This document shows, one piece after another, positions 49,076 to 61,956 of a stretch of 64,000 bases of DNA. The notes below the pieces were generated by a model. The model had not been told where the DNA came from. It saw only the letters and a list, made by a program, of their open reading frames with translations, and ran no database searches. The DNA is from Psilocybe cubensis (lineage: Eukaryota). The stretch spans positions 620,001-684,000 of the forward strand of contig CM038999.1 in the NCBI GenBank assembly GCA_017499595.2. The letters are read 5' to 3'. The translations under genes and the position numbers were made by a program. Positions within the stretch are counted from its first letter, which is position 1, and the number at the start of each line of letters is the position of its first letter.

Positions 49076-52000
49076 ATGGCAAGAGGTGAAGGACGAGGAT
49101 TTCGCGGACGAGGAGGTCGAGGTCGAGGTCGAGGTCGAGGTGGCGGCGGCGACGGCAATCGGGGTGGAAAAGGAAGAGGAAACGTAATTCCTGGAGCAAG
49201 CTATCTTGAAGATGAGTTGGAGTTAAATATCAGGATGTTTGCAGATGGTACGCAAGCTCCAGATACATATAGGGTCGGAATTTCATCCGCTTTTTAGCGC
49301 CGCGTGGTAGCGGGGGCAAGACATCCCGAGGAAAAGGTAGAGGAGGTCGTGGTTATGGTCAAAACTCAGGGTCTAATTCAGGGACGACAACGCCTAATCG
49401 CGGACGCGGACGAGGACGAGGGAATGATATGCTTTCTGGAAGTGGTTATGACTCACCTCGAGGGCGTGGCCGAGGAACTCCCGGTGATCAATTCACTGGT
49501 GGACGCAGAGGTCAATTTGGTATCGGTTCCCCTCGTGGTGGTGGCCAAGGAGGGGGATATGGACGACCAGATACTCTTTCTGGATTGCTCTATCAAGAAC
49601 GACCATTCCTACGTCCTATCAAATTTGTTCCTTCGGTTCTCACAAAGGTTCTCTTCAAGGAGGAAGAAAGTGAAGAGCTATTAAAACCTGGTGTCGAGGA
49701 TGTCGGTACGTGTCTCTCTTGGCTTTGATGAAATGAAATTTTGCAATCTAACTTTTCTTACAGATGAAACAGAACAAAGTCACATTCCTACAGCGGAACA
49801 AGTATTCCGTGTCTTCAGTGGAGGAAACATACCTCGATTAGAACCTGAAGAAGATGATGAAGAAGAGCAGGAAGAAATAGAAGAAGTAGATTTCAACGAC
49901 GTTGGAAAATTATTCAACCCCAGTGAAGAGGTGAAAACAACCACAATACGCAAAAGTAAATTGGCGGAGACGACGATCATACATGAAGAACAGTTCACCG
50001 GATTCTACATGGACCCTAAACCAACATTAACATCAAGTTTCAATGGTCCTGAACCTACATTAGCGGACCAACCAAATTCAATAGACGCAGACGTCGATAG
50101 TCTTACAAAGATGGTCGAAGATGCCCTATCCACCACGGAAGAGCAACCCAATGCAGACGACGTCGATATATCCGATTTACAAGTTGAAGCCGAAACCAGC
50201 GAATCAATAGCCACGGCAACTATTCCAGTCCCACCTCATTCAGCTGAACGATATAATGTCGATATGATCACCAGTCCTTCTGAAGGGTTGGTACCATCAT
50301 CGGCCGACCCGATATCTATTTCACCGCATCAGCCACAGAGAGATATTCTTGTTGTTGATGTTCCTGTACCGCAAGTCGAAGAGATTTCTACGACTTTTGA
50401 AGAAACCCTCTCTGTGTCACCAAAACCAGACGACCTGGACAAGGCCTTTGTCCCGCAAAGCGAGAATATCGGTTCAATTTCCATTCAGTCGACGCAGCAT
50501 GCGGAGACAATCGCTATTGACGTGCCTGTAGTGAATGTCGATCCAGTGATTCAGGAAACGCCTTCAGAATTGGCCAGCCAATCTCCAAAGTTAAACACAA
50601 CAGCTACGGAACCAGAACCAGATCTTTTCTGCATTGATGTGCAACCAACTTCTGTTCCTGCAGAAATGGCTCCTTCAGGAGATCTCCTTCCATCAGCACT
50701 TCGAAATGACGACGAGGACGACGATATTATAGTCTATGTTGCACCACACCCCCGCAAAACAGACATCCAGGGTGAGGGGACAATATCAGAGACTCCCGAG
50801 GCATCCACGAGCACCAACAACGCTCCGGATACGTCTAGATTTGTACCATACGTTAGATCTGCAGCCTTGTCTGCAACACCACAGCCTGTTGCGTCTTCGT
50901 CTTCGTTGCCGGATGTTACCCCTGCTCCAGTATCGATGTCGTCTTTCTCGTTCTCGTTCTCGAAGCAAAGCCAGACACCGAGCAAGGGAGACGCTCGCCT
51001 GGTTGTTCCACCTGTGTCGACTCCTCGTCAAGCAAAGGTATGGAAACGGAAGAGAGGAGGGGTAAAAAACAGAATGAAGACCTCGTTTGGTGCGTTTGGT
51101 GCAATGCGGGAGGAAGCTATGCTGCACAGGGAGGATCCGAGGCGGCATGAACGAAGGCGCGGAGACTCTGATTTGGACTGGGGCGATTCCGACGATGACG
51201 CTGGCGAGATAGATGAAGTTCAAGTTGGGTCAGATGAATTTATGGCATGGAAAGGCAAAGGGAAAGAGAAAGAGATTCAGGCAAACATGGAAAAAAGAAA
51301 AGCTCAGGACGATGACCATGGGATGGACGTTGATCCTGACTTGCTGCCTGGTATGGATGCCATGAAGAGTTTTGTGGGCGGTCTGCTTGGAAATAAAGCT
51401 GGTCTGCACACTACCATGGATGATATTCATGTCGAGGATATGATCAGAATGGAAGACGAGCAAGATGATGAAGATAGCGAAGATGACGAAGTGTCGAGCG
51501 AAGATGAATCAGAGGAAGATGCCCTCGCTGCTGAGGAGGCCATGCTCATTTCCGAGGCCCTGGAATTTGACGACGAGTTTGGTGATGATATATCTGATGA
51601 TGAGGATGAGGATGAGGATGAGGACCAAACCCCGAGAACGAGTTTCCAGGCACGGTTGGAGCGATTACGAAATAAGTCAAGGTCTAAAAAGATGCAGGAT
51701 ACATCGTTTGATCAGATGGAGGACGATGATGAAGAGGACGATGATGACGACGATATGATCAAGCGGAATATGACTTGGGCAGACCAAGATGAAGATTTTA
51801 TTCAGGAGATTGAGGTACGTTCTACACCAGTTTTGCCTATCGAGACAATGTGCTGACATGTGGATAGGATATCTTTGATGAGAATGAGGATGTCCTGACC
51901 GGGAAAAATCGCAAATTGAGGAAAGCACTTTTCAAATCTATCCGAGATGGCACATTCGATGATTTGGATGATTTCGGTTTAACTCCTGCCAGTAAGTGCC

Positions 52001-52834
52001 CCCAATGTATGCCAAGAGGTCGAAATAGAATCTCATAAAATAACAGAAAAACGCAAAGACAAAATCAAGGGCCTGCCTCTGGAATTACAAGAGGCTTGGG
52101 AAAGGGACCGCCAAAAGAAAGCTGAATACAAGAAGGCTCGTGCACTTGCTCGTCTCGAAGAAGCTGCAGATCCCTTGTCAATTAATAAGGGAGGCAAGAA
52201 GGGTCGAAAAGCCATGCGCGCCGCTGCTGCTCTGGATCCTACAATCACAGTTATTCCAAACCGTATCGTGGATATGACGACATTGGTGCAACAGATCAGA
52301 CGATTCATAGCGGACATTGGGGGTCCAAACTCAATGTCTCTTCCTCCAACGAATAAAGAGACCAGAAAAAATATTCACGAAATGGCTTTGGCATTCAACC
52401 TCAAGAGTATCAGTAAAGGCAAAGGCGATTCGCGCTACACCACGCTGTCAAAGACATCAAGAACCGGACAGGCTGTGGACGAACGCAAGGTCGCAAAAAT
52501 TGTACGAAGAAGTGGCGGTATGGGCGCGCGTGGCGATTCGTTCATCTATGACAAGAAAGGAAAAGGACCTTCGGGTGCTATGCCTCGTCATCGTGAGGGT
52601 GATGAAGTAGGCAAGGTGCGTCGCTCTCAAACGCGTTTATTTGTACATATTATTCATTAATATGTTTTGCAATCACAGGCTGCGCCCAAACTTACGGAAA
52701 GTAACATTGGATTCCGATTGCTAGCCATGATGGGATGGGCCGAGGGCGACCGCATAGGCGTTACTGGGGGCTTAGACGCACCTCTGACCGCTATCATCAA
52801 GACGACAAAGCTGGGGCTCGGCGCCACAAAATGA
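49076..52834 (+). CDS. SQS1: Sqs1/Pfa1-like R3H and G-patch protein (Prp43 cofactor)
   Basis: N-terminal RGG, acidic middle, R3H SLPPTNKETRKNIHEMALAFNLKSISKGKGDSRY, C-terminal G-patch SNIGFRLLAMMGWAEGDRIG...KLGLG. Confidence 0.9.
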
Positions 52835-54078
52835 AGATATCAATTTTCGTATAACTTGATTACGAATATCAAATTTTCTTGCTCTTGCTCGGATGTTTTT
52901 GGCATCTTTCACCTCAAAGTGCACAAAAATGCTATGAGTATTTTACCTCTGATGTCTTACTATTCTCAGCAGTATCTTGTCTGCTCGATTCAAACATGCC
53001 ATACTGATCATCATAAATTTGGACAGAGGCGCCTTCAACACAGATTTAGGATCATTCATTTTCGCTGACTCTTCAAACATTAAAGTTGAATACGCTCACA
53101 GTACGACCCGTGGTTTCTCCAACCATGGCTACTGTTCGATGACAATAAATCTTGTGTTTCACAAAGATGTGCTTCTTTCTACCGCGGTCGATGGCTCCAC
53201 AAGTGCACCGGGTCACTTGAAATCAAGTTTCGATGTCCGGCTATCGTCCGTGTTCGCTGCATTCAGATATGTATTTTTATGTCTCCTTCCGCGCTGACGT
53301 GATGCAAATATGGGTAAAACTGGAGAATGACTACTCCTCTAGATTTTGACCTGACATTTGTGGATCCCTCGGGTTGTATCTGCTAATCGTTCAAGCGAGA
53401 CTGGTGATCGTTTCAAAGAGTCAACGTAAGTTATTAAAGGTTAGGGTAGGTTCAGCGATTCAACCCCTAGAGTTGAATTATATCGCAGAATGGTAGGCAA
53501 CTAGTAAAATCACGCCAATGATTTTGCGGTGACCGAGATGATCGTGCGCCAACGGCTGTACACGCTATCACCTTCTTTCATTCAATTGCTCCCTGCGATG
53601 TATCTCGGCGGAGAGACATCTGCACTTCTGTACCTTCTCCGTTCTAACATCTATCAGGTCCAAGTTTGACTTGCTTCCTTTTCAGGCGCCAGGATCAAGT
53701 GTGCTCAAAGAAGCATTGCTATCGTGTACCTGTAGGAACTGCAACTCCTGTCAACATTAGCATACTGGTGTCCTAGTACCAGGCCGACTGCATCAGAAGC
53801 ACGTTTGACCATGATCTACGTATATATCTGCATGTGTTTTGATGGGTAAGCTGATAAAGGTCGTCTTCATCTGCTTTCGGGGGTCTTATGATCTGGCCAT
53901 ATTTAGACCAGCTGGCTTTTCATTTTTCTCTGGGTTGACGTTTAACCCTATCGGCCAAAAGCATCAAATATGCCCACTGTTGTCGAGGGACGCTATAGAC
54001 TGGATCACGCCGCTGGAAAATGATAACAATCGGCCCCTTTTAATAGGTTCGACATCCATCTTCTTCGCCTGAATCCCT

Positions 54079-56432
54079 ATGGCTGCCTCAATAGCGCTCC
54101 AACGAAGGAACTCTTTGGCTTCCCAACGCAGTAGCCGCCGCTTTTCTTCTGATACCAATTCCTTATTTGTCTCGACAGAGGAGGCTACGTTGATAAGTGA
54201 TAGGATCGACGAAGAAATCAAGGTATTTTTCTTATTATGTGCTCTCGATTTTTGCGTGCTGATGACCGATATAGCGAGAGGCCGCTCGGTTAAAGGAAGC
54301 CAAGAGGAGAGAGATAAAAGGTGCGCTTCGATATTTTTTTGATGTTATTTCTTGAATGGCATGGCTTGAACTCGAGAAAAGTTTTGTTGTTGGGTCAGGC
54401 AGAATCAGGTATGACAGTAACAAATTATTGTAGTTCCTTCCTCACGATTATTTTACAAGGGAAATCCACTTTGCAGAAACAGTTTCAGCTGTTCTATGCT
54501 TCCAAAACTCTAGACGCTGAGCGTCACTCATGGACACCGGTGGTTTACTTCAACATCATCAAAGCCATACGCATGATCTTCGCCGAATTAGACCATGAGA
54601 TTTTGAATTATACTCCCAACGAACCTATGGCCTCCAATGCTGTAAGGCAGGAGCTCAATGGCCTTCGAGTGAAACTATTACCACTACTGTCACTGGAAAA
54701 TACGCTTGCCTCGGAGCTCAGCGGTGGCGTGGCTGTCGCTGGTGGTCGTACAGGTGCTTATGTGCGACTAGGATGGCAGAACCTCATCGCCTCGACATTG
54801 GCAACCTCTTCAGATACAAAGAGATCCCGAATCGAGAATAGAACTCGTGAGACCACTTTACTTGTTGCGCGGACTCTGGCTGTTGCCGTAGACGACGTTG
54901 AGGCGCTTTGGATGCATGAAAGTATCAAATTCTATATTCAGAAACGAAAGATTCGCCTGGATGACTCGGCATCCTAGTGCGTTCACATCGAATTTTATTC
55001 ATTCTCCTTTCAGAAGGTGCTGACAGATGGATTCCTTTAGTTTCTTGGGACACATCCAACGAATTGCGGAACCCGAGTATACTCCTTCCAACGGTCAGTA
55101 ATTTTTGTTGGTATCACAATCTTTGAGTCACGGCGGCGTATTGACCGATTTATCACGTAGACGACATCCTTAATGTTCGGCTACAGACCTTGGGGATTAT
55201 GGAGCATTCCATTCCTATTTACACTGGTGGAAGAACATACGACTGGAAACTTTACGATGTCGGAGGTGCTGTAAGTGAAAATTTTCAAGTTTCGTTGACT
55301 TATGTGTAAATCTCATTTCGGCTCTTTCATGTAGCGCGGACAGGTAAGCTCCACATTTCATATGTTTCGAAGCGGGCTATTAACGTCGATACTAAAAGCG
55401 GCCTATGTGGATACCTTATTTCGATGATGGTACGTAGTCCATTCGGTTTAAATCTAATGGAAGAACTGAATCTGAATGATATTGTTTGAAACTTTGGTCA
55501 TGTTAAAGCTACTGCCATCATATTTTTAGGTGTCTCCTCTCAACATCATCTTTCCATGAGAACATTGCTGACACAAAACGAATGCAGCACCTATCAGTGC
55601 TTTTGACCAGGTACGACATATCTCCCGAACTGATACTCCTAATCGTTGACTTGTTTGCTGCCATCTCACCAGTTCCTAGAGGAAGATCCAAAGACAAATC
55701 GCATCGATGATTCTCTTCAACTATTTTCATCTATCTGTTCGAACAAGCTTCTGAAAGATGCGCACCTGGTGGTTCTCCTTAATAAGGTCTGGCTATTCTC
55801 ACTTCATCACCAAACTATCAGCTGAGTGTTTGGCGAACTCACGCTTACTCGGATATCTATTCCAGGCTGACATACTAAGAGAGAAGCTGGAAGCTGGAAC
55901 CAAAGTCCGAAAATAGTGCGTATTTTTCCTGCGCCGCGGCGGTGAATCGCTCCCGTCACTGTTCCATGTTTTCCACACTCTTTCAAAGAATCCATCACTA
56001 AACCATCGCACATAGCATTACGAGCTTTGGGGAGAGACCTAATACGTACGAGGCTGTATCCGAGTACTTCCGATCACATTTTATCCAAGTGTATCGTCGA
56101 AAGGGTGCCACTCCTGGACGGCCCCTTTATGTCGTGAGCTCATTTTGCCTCGATGGTACTTGACTTCAAAGGACTCATCATTCCTTTTCTAGCATTTTTC
56201 ATCTATGCTGGTGAGCGCCCTGTTCTACAGTTGGATGTGTCCTCGATTAAATTACAATATCTATACATCGAAAAACATAGGACATAAAAGCGACGCAAAA
56301 CATCATATCAGGAGGTAAGTAGCATAATGAATAATATGACCTAGAACCTAATGGCTAAAAAAATGCTGTTGTGGGTATATAGTGGCAGATGCAATAATGC
56401 GCAAGCATATCGCCGAGGTTGGGCTTGCGTAG
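54079..56432 (+). CDS. Atypical heterotrimeric G-protein alpha subunit, many small exons
   Basis: VLLLGQAESGKSTLQKQ; DILNVRLQTLGIMEH; YDVGGA-RGQ-RPMWIPYFDD; VLLNK-ADIL; ends KHIAEVGLA*. Confidence 0.9.
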
Positions 56433-56620
56433 GGTCGTCATCACGGTTGTATGTATGTCCAATGTATCATCATACCTTATCATCCCATACCTGAAAGCGG
56501 AAGCTGGAAAACCGACCATCAAGAAAACACCAAAACGTAAATCCCCCCATCTCCGTCCGCAAGAAGTGATCCAAAAAAAAAGCAACCCAAAGCAAGTAAG
56601 AGCCCTCGGCGAAACGCTGC

Positions 56621-57972
56621 TCAAGACTCATAGCGGGAGATCATTGGCGTAAGTTGGCGGCTCGAACGTTGGCGGTTCTTGCCGAGTTGATACCACCTCA
56701 CAATGTCCCTGCTCCCCAGCCCGCTCATCTCCTCCTTGACTGCAATGAAATCCGCGTGGGTCGGGATCGCAAAGAGTCCCATCTCGACACGCTTAAGAGA
56801 CTCAAATTGAGGCTGCATGAAAAGCGCATCTAGTTCTCTCCAGCCAGTCATTTTCTTGGGTTCCGCATAGAACTCTATGCCAACGCTCTCAAGGACAGCA
56901 TTGCTTTCTGTGATGCTCGAGAGCATCTTCATAGCCCAGTCCATAGCTGCCGTTGTTGGATCGTCCTCAAGAGTAAGACGAAGGGACCGCAAGCCCGTGT
57001 TCACAGACAGATCGAACGGATACACTACAAATCGTTAGCGCTCGCCGATTCATACGCAAGAAAATAAGAGAAAATCGAGTATTTACCACTCCAGCATCCC
57101 GGTTTGAAATGGAAGTGCTCGAGGGAGCCGCCGAGTGCGCGCAGGAGCCTGTTGATGATGTGCGGCTCCTGGAAGTGCGCCACTCGCAGCTCCCTGAGCG
57201 TCCTGATATCCACGAGCTGCTGGCGTCCCAGAAGCCAGTACTCGAGATAAGCGAAATTGACGTAATCCAGCGTGAGTACCTCGAGGGGCCTCTGCGCGTG
57301 CTGGAGGTCGCCAGGGTCTTTGTCCTCAGGCACGACTCCAGGCGCGTGACTGAGTTCCGAGCCGCTATCGCTGTTGATGGTGGTCGATGACAGCGCCAGT
57401 GCTCTCAGATTCTGGCAGTGCGATAACAGCCTCGTTAATGACGCGAAGTCCGGGAACACCCACGAGTGAAGACGGACATAGGTGAGCGACGGAAGTGAGA
57501 AGAGCACACATAGCGCGGTGATGAAGGTCGGAGATAGAGTCGACCAGTGGAAAATAGAAGTCGAGGAGAAGTCGAAGCGTTCGACGTGTGAGAGCGTCTT
57601 GAATAGCGCAGTCAAAGTTCGTTCCGTCGTGACCCATGTCGTTGAACTCTGCACATTCGGATGGGTGTGATGTAGCGGAGAACCCTCGCAAATTTCCAGT
57701 TCCCTGATGTAAGGTATGATTTCTGGAGAACGAAGTAGTAGTGCGTGCAGCCGTTTACACCGATCCTGGGGCACAGCCGGTCCATTATGAGGGGATGCTG
57801 CTTTGAGCGACACCTTAGCAAACAGGTGTAGTCTGCTCGTCGGGAGCCACGCATGGCAAACGCGTGCACAGTTGGCGAGCGCCAAAGGGTCGTCGTACAG
57901 ATGGTCGATTATATGGTCGATAAGCTCCTGGGGTAGACGCGGTGAAGGAATATCCTCGAGCTGATCGTCCAT
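56621..57972 (-). CDS. F-box-like / LRR-like protein of a different subfamily, 2 exons
   Basis: PRLPQELIDHIIDHL..DPLALANCARVCHAWLPTSRLHLF. Confidence 0.88.
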
Positions 57973-59246
57973 AGCAGTGTCTAACCGAGAGTACCGAACG
58001 TGCAGTGCTTTATATTATCCTGGGCGGCAAAAAAAAGTCAAATTAGTCTGCGAAAGGATTGTGGAGATAAGAGATCAACGAGAGCGTCATTTTAGATCTA
58101 CGAATACGATAAGTACCTGTAGAACGTATTATAAGGATAGCGGGAGATGTTCCTGGGTCGCAGTGAACATTCGAAGCCTGGAGGAGTTGGGGATACATCC
58201 ACTTGACGGCGGTAAGGGCAGCTATGTATATCAATGCACGGTGCGGCGTACTCAAGGCTCAAGTGATTGATCGATATGATCGATCACCCTTATGGCGAAC
58301 ATGAGGTATGTTTGTGGTTAGACGCTCCGGGTAGAGGCCCGGTTTATTCCCAATACATCATCGCCGAATAGATGGATGTCTAATTAAGACAAGAAAGGTG
58401 CTATGTTGGTGGAATATCGAAGAACTTTGGAAGAGAATCTAGCAGAATATGGTAGAAATCGCCGGACGGTCGCACTTCAGCCACTTGAAACAGCCACTCG
58501 AGGCTTGGGGACGAGATTCGCGTTTGTGCCTCGTTTATGCGGGGTAGGAACGTAATTTCTTTGCATCAAATGTGGGGATGAGTAAAACAGAAGAAAATAG
58601 GACGATAAGGAATTATTATTGATGCCACGCCCTCGATATCTCAAAGGAATAAATCTCGATCTTTGTTGAATCAAGCAATATTGCAGGCGATCCTTTAGGT
58701 GCACTCTAACCTGTTGTTACTTAAATCTAGGCGAATAACTAGTAGTGGATGTCAGGTCTGCATTGGCAGCTGTACAAATGTCATTTAGAACGCAAAACAA
58801 ATGTGGGGCAATAGAGTATTCGGATGCGGATGAGAACACCCTCCGAAAGAAGGATATGATAACTGAAGCAATAACCAACTGGAGGTGCAATAGAAAGGAA
58901 AAGAAGTTGGGGGAGAAGATAAAGACAAACCGGGGCTAATACTTTCCAACTGTTTCCCGAGAGTCAGGAAGGCGACAGCAGATAAGTGCATGCACGGGCA
59001 CGAGGGAACTTGGGGAGGGAATATCATAGGTCGCCTGATCTATGTTTAATCTAGACTCGTATATAAAATAAGTTGCATTTCTGACGTCGAATAAAGGGAC
59101 AAAGAAAGAAAAGAAATTGGGAATCTCGGTTCCTGATAGATGATATTGGCTGACGTCTACGACAAAGTAAAGTAAGCAAGATGAAGATCATGAAGATGGA
59201 TATTATGCGGACAGATATCAAACATGGTGCACTCTGTTGGTGGCGA

Positions 59247-61551
59247 CTAGTTGGGATCCGTGACAAACGCACCACTTTGAACGACCTCGTGGGTCAAGTG
59301 TTCAGGGACGATGAAAGCTGTTTCCATAGCCTCGAGCCGCGATAACACTGCGTCGACGCCGGGGAGCGGGTATAGAATTTCCTGGTTCAGTGGCGTTCGT
59401 GGAGGAGACACCGAGACCAAAAGTGACGATTCTTCCTGCTGCAAATTCGCAACACACAGCCTAGAGATAAGGTCAGGCCATCGGCGCTTACTCAGGCCGC
59501 GCAGAATTGCAGACTTGCTAAGCAAAGACGGAATAATGGTGTTCAGATCCAACACCAATTTCTCTAGTTTGTGGAAAAAGGTTAACTGGCGCAAAGTCTC
59601 CAAGGAATCTCCATTCGTCGAGGCAAAGACACGAGTGAGCCCAACTGCACAGGTTTCAACCCGATTGCGGTAGTGGGTTCCGAACGGCACCCTATGTATT
59701 GGGCGTAACCATATCTGAAATTGTTCGAAGATATCGAAGGTCAATGGTATGATAGGATCATCAAGAGTTGGGTGGCTGGAATAGATATCCCTGAGAAATG
59801 CCCAGATATCGGAGCCTTGTTCTTCGGTGATGGAGCATCTCGAAACGACAAGCTTGAGACTGGTAAATAGCTGGTATACAGTTTCTACAGACCCAAAAAT
59901 GATATATAAGAATGACAGACACGAGGGAACAAAAAAGCTTCGAGAAGCGACGGAACACACCACGAGAAACACCTTGCAGATCGTTGTCGCACTGGCGCAG
60001 TGCAAGACGGGGAACACACTGAGAGCTCGAGTTCATCAGACGTATTGTGCACTCCAAATATGGCTCGTGCAGACTTGGATGAATATGTCTATGGAGCCAC
60101 AGAAATACCACAAAAATATGTTCCCGAACCTGGAAGTCTGAAATAGGGGAATCTGCATACAGCGACGGTCGAGAATCTGTAGGGAAAAGAAGTCTAGGGA
60201 GGTAGGCCACCTCCTCGTCTAGCTCTCCAACCAATTGCGCAGCCTGAGCACTACCCAAATCCAAAAGACAATGAAAGACGTAGTAAACAGAGTCAAGATC
60301 CTCTGAAAACATCTGGTCAATCCATTTCAATCCGTGAATGATGTCATCTCCGTCCTGGAACTCAGCAGGTTCGCCTGTATCTTCGTCCAGAAATGTAGCA
60401 TCTCGCATTAGCCTCCATCGGACATCATAGTCGCACCAGTTCCTGTCAAGGTCCTCGGAGGCTACCCTATTAAAGTGCGATAAACCCACACTGGACATCG
60501 GCTCTGAATCGTGGGGTTCTTCTTCGGGATCGATAGCTTTAGCATGAACGTTATTGCGAATACACAGCACGAGTTTTGCACTGCATGTAACGGTAAACTT
60601 GTAAAGCCGCGAGATAGAAAGGGTCATCCTGTAAAATGCCCATGATTGTGGCGATTTGTAGGGACACTGACCAACCTTCAAAAAGGGGTCCATGGTAAAA
60701 CGAGACTGGAGAGCCGGCAGAACAGTGGTCAAGACGAGGACAAGAAACACCAAACCAACAACGACCGTGATGCAGATGGCCACTGCGCGGTTTCGCGCCC
60801 AAAGCAACTCAAGAACACCAGCAAAAAACAGGACCAATGAGAGCTGTAGAAGGAGAGGGAGCAGGGAGAGGATCATGGGGACTTTCCATTTGTACAGCCC
60901 TTCGTATCGCATTTGCCGTATCGCGATCGCGTCCTTGTGCGAACGCGCCGCGTCTCGTCCGAACTCCTGAAGCCATTGCATACATAGTATCCCAATCAAT
61001 ACCGTAGCCATGCTTACAATTAAGCTAGAGAACCATAAAATATTGATGCGGACGTCCGAAGGGGACACAGAAAATTGGGTGACGGCATAAGGTGGAATTG
61101 CTGAACTGTTTTGAATATTCTTTAGCTGTGCTGACATGTGGGATAGAATCTGAACCATTTCGTCTTCTGGCTGTTGCTGAAGCCATTGGTAGGACTCAAC
61201 AGTAAAGGAAGTAACCGTTGCGGAGAAGAGGCCAGCCTGCATTGCATCATCACAAGCATCACAGTCAATATCATGAAGCTTTCAGAACAAGCGAGTGAAC
61301 CGACAAATATGAGGTGATTATTGACTGCTTCCTTCCAGGCTTTGATCATGTCTTCGTCATATTTTTGAACGAGGTTGTGGCACTCCTCCCAATGCCTTCC
61401 TCTCTTAGGATTGGGGACCGGATGCCGCCAGGGGCCGCCACAGCGCCATTCATCGAACTACGGTCATGATGAGTACAAAAACAACAGCGCTCGCCAGGCA
61501 GAACCCCGACGAGCCATTACGACACAGGTCTCTTACATATCTCATGGCCAT
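59247..61551 (-). CDS. DUF6535-like multi-pass membrane protein (start approximate)
   Basis: YDEDMIKAWKEAVNNHLIF-AGLFSATVTSFTVESY; VRINILWFSSLIVSMATVLIGILCMQWL; LPLLLQLSLVLFFAG; CPYKSPQSW. Confidence 0.85.
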
Positions 61552-61956
61552 TCTGGAGAAAAGGATGGGGTAGAAATTTTTGCATGTGTGCAAGTTATAT
61601 GCCACTGGTGCAAAATAGACTTAAGTTCTAGTCGAAGGTTGTTTGAAGGCTTTTGAAGGACGCACATACGTGCAGGCAGTGATTTGTCATTTGATCCACC
61701 CATTTTGGGACCTTGTACTCGCTGTAGGCCCTCCATTTAGTATTTTATCCCGAATTCCACTCAATTCCGTCCTTACATTGTTTCTTTGGAAGTTACCGCC
61801 TTGAGGCTATGAAAACTGATTCCAATGAACCCGTTGTTAGAGTTTGATGACGGCAGTCAAGGTCAATTGAACATTTTCATCATGACCTTGGAGCTTCAAA
61901 TGAAAGGCGGTGCACGCAAGGAACAGAAATACGTTTCCAGTGCGATATATTCTTGA

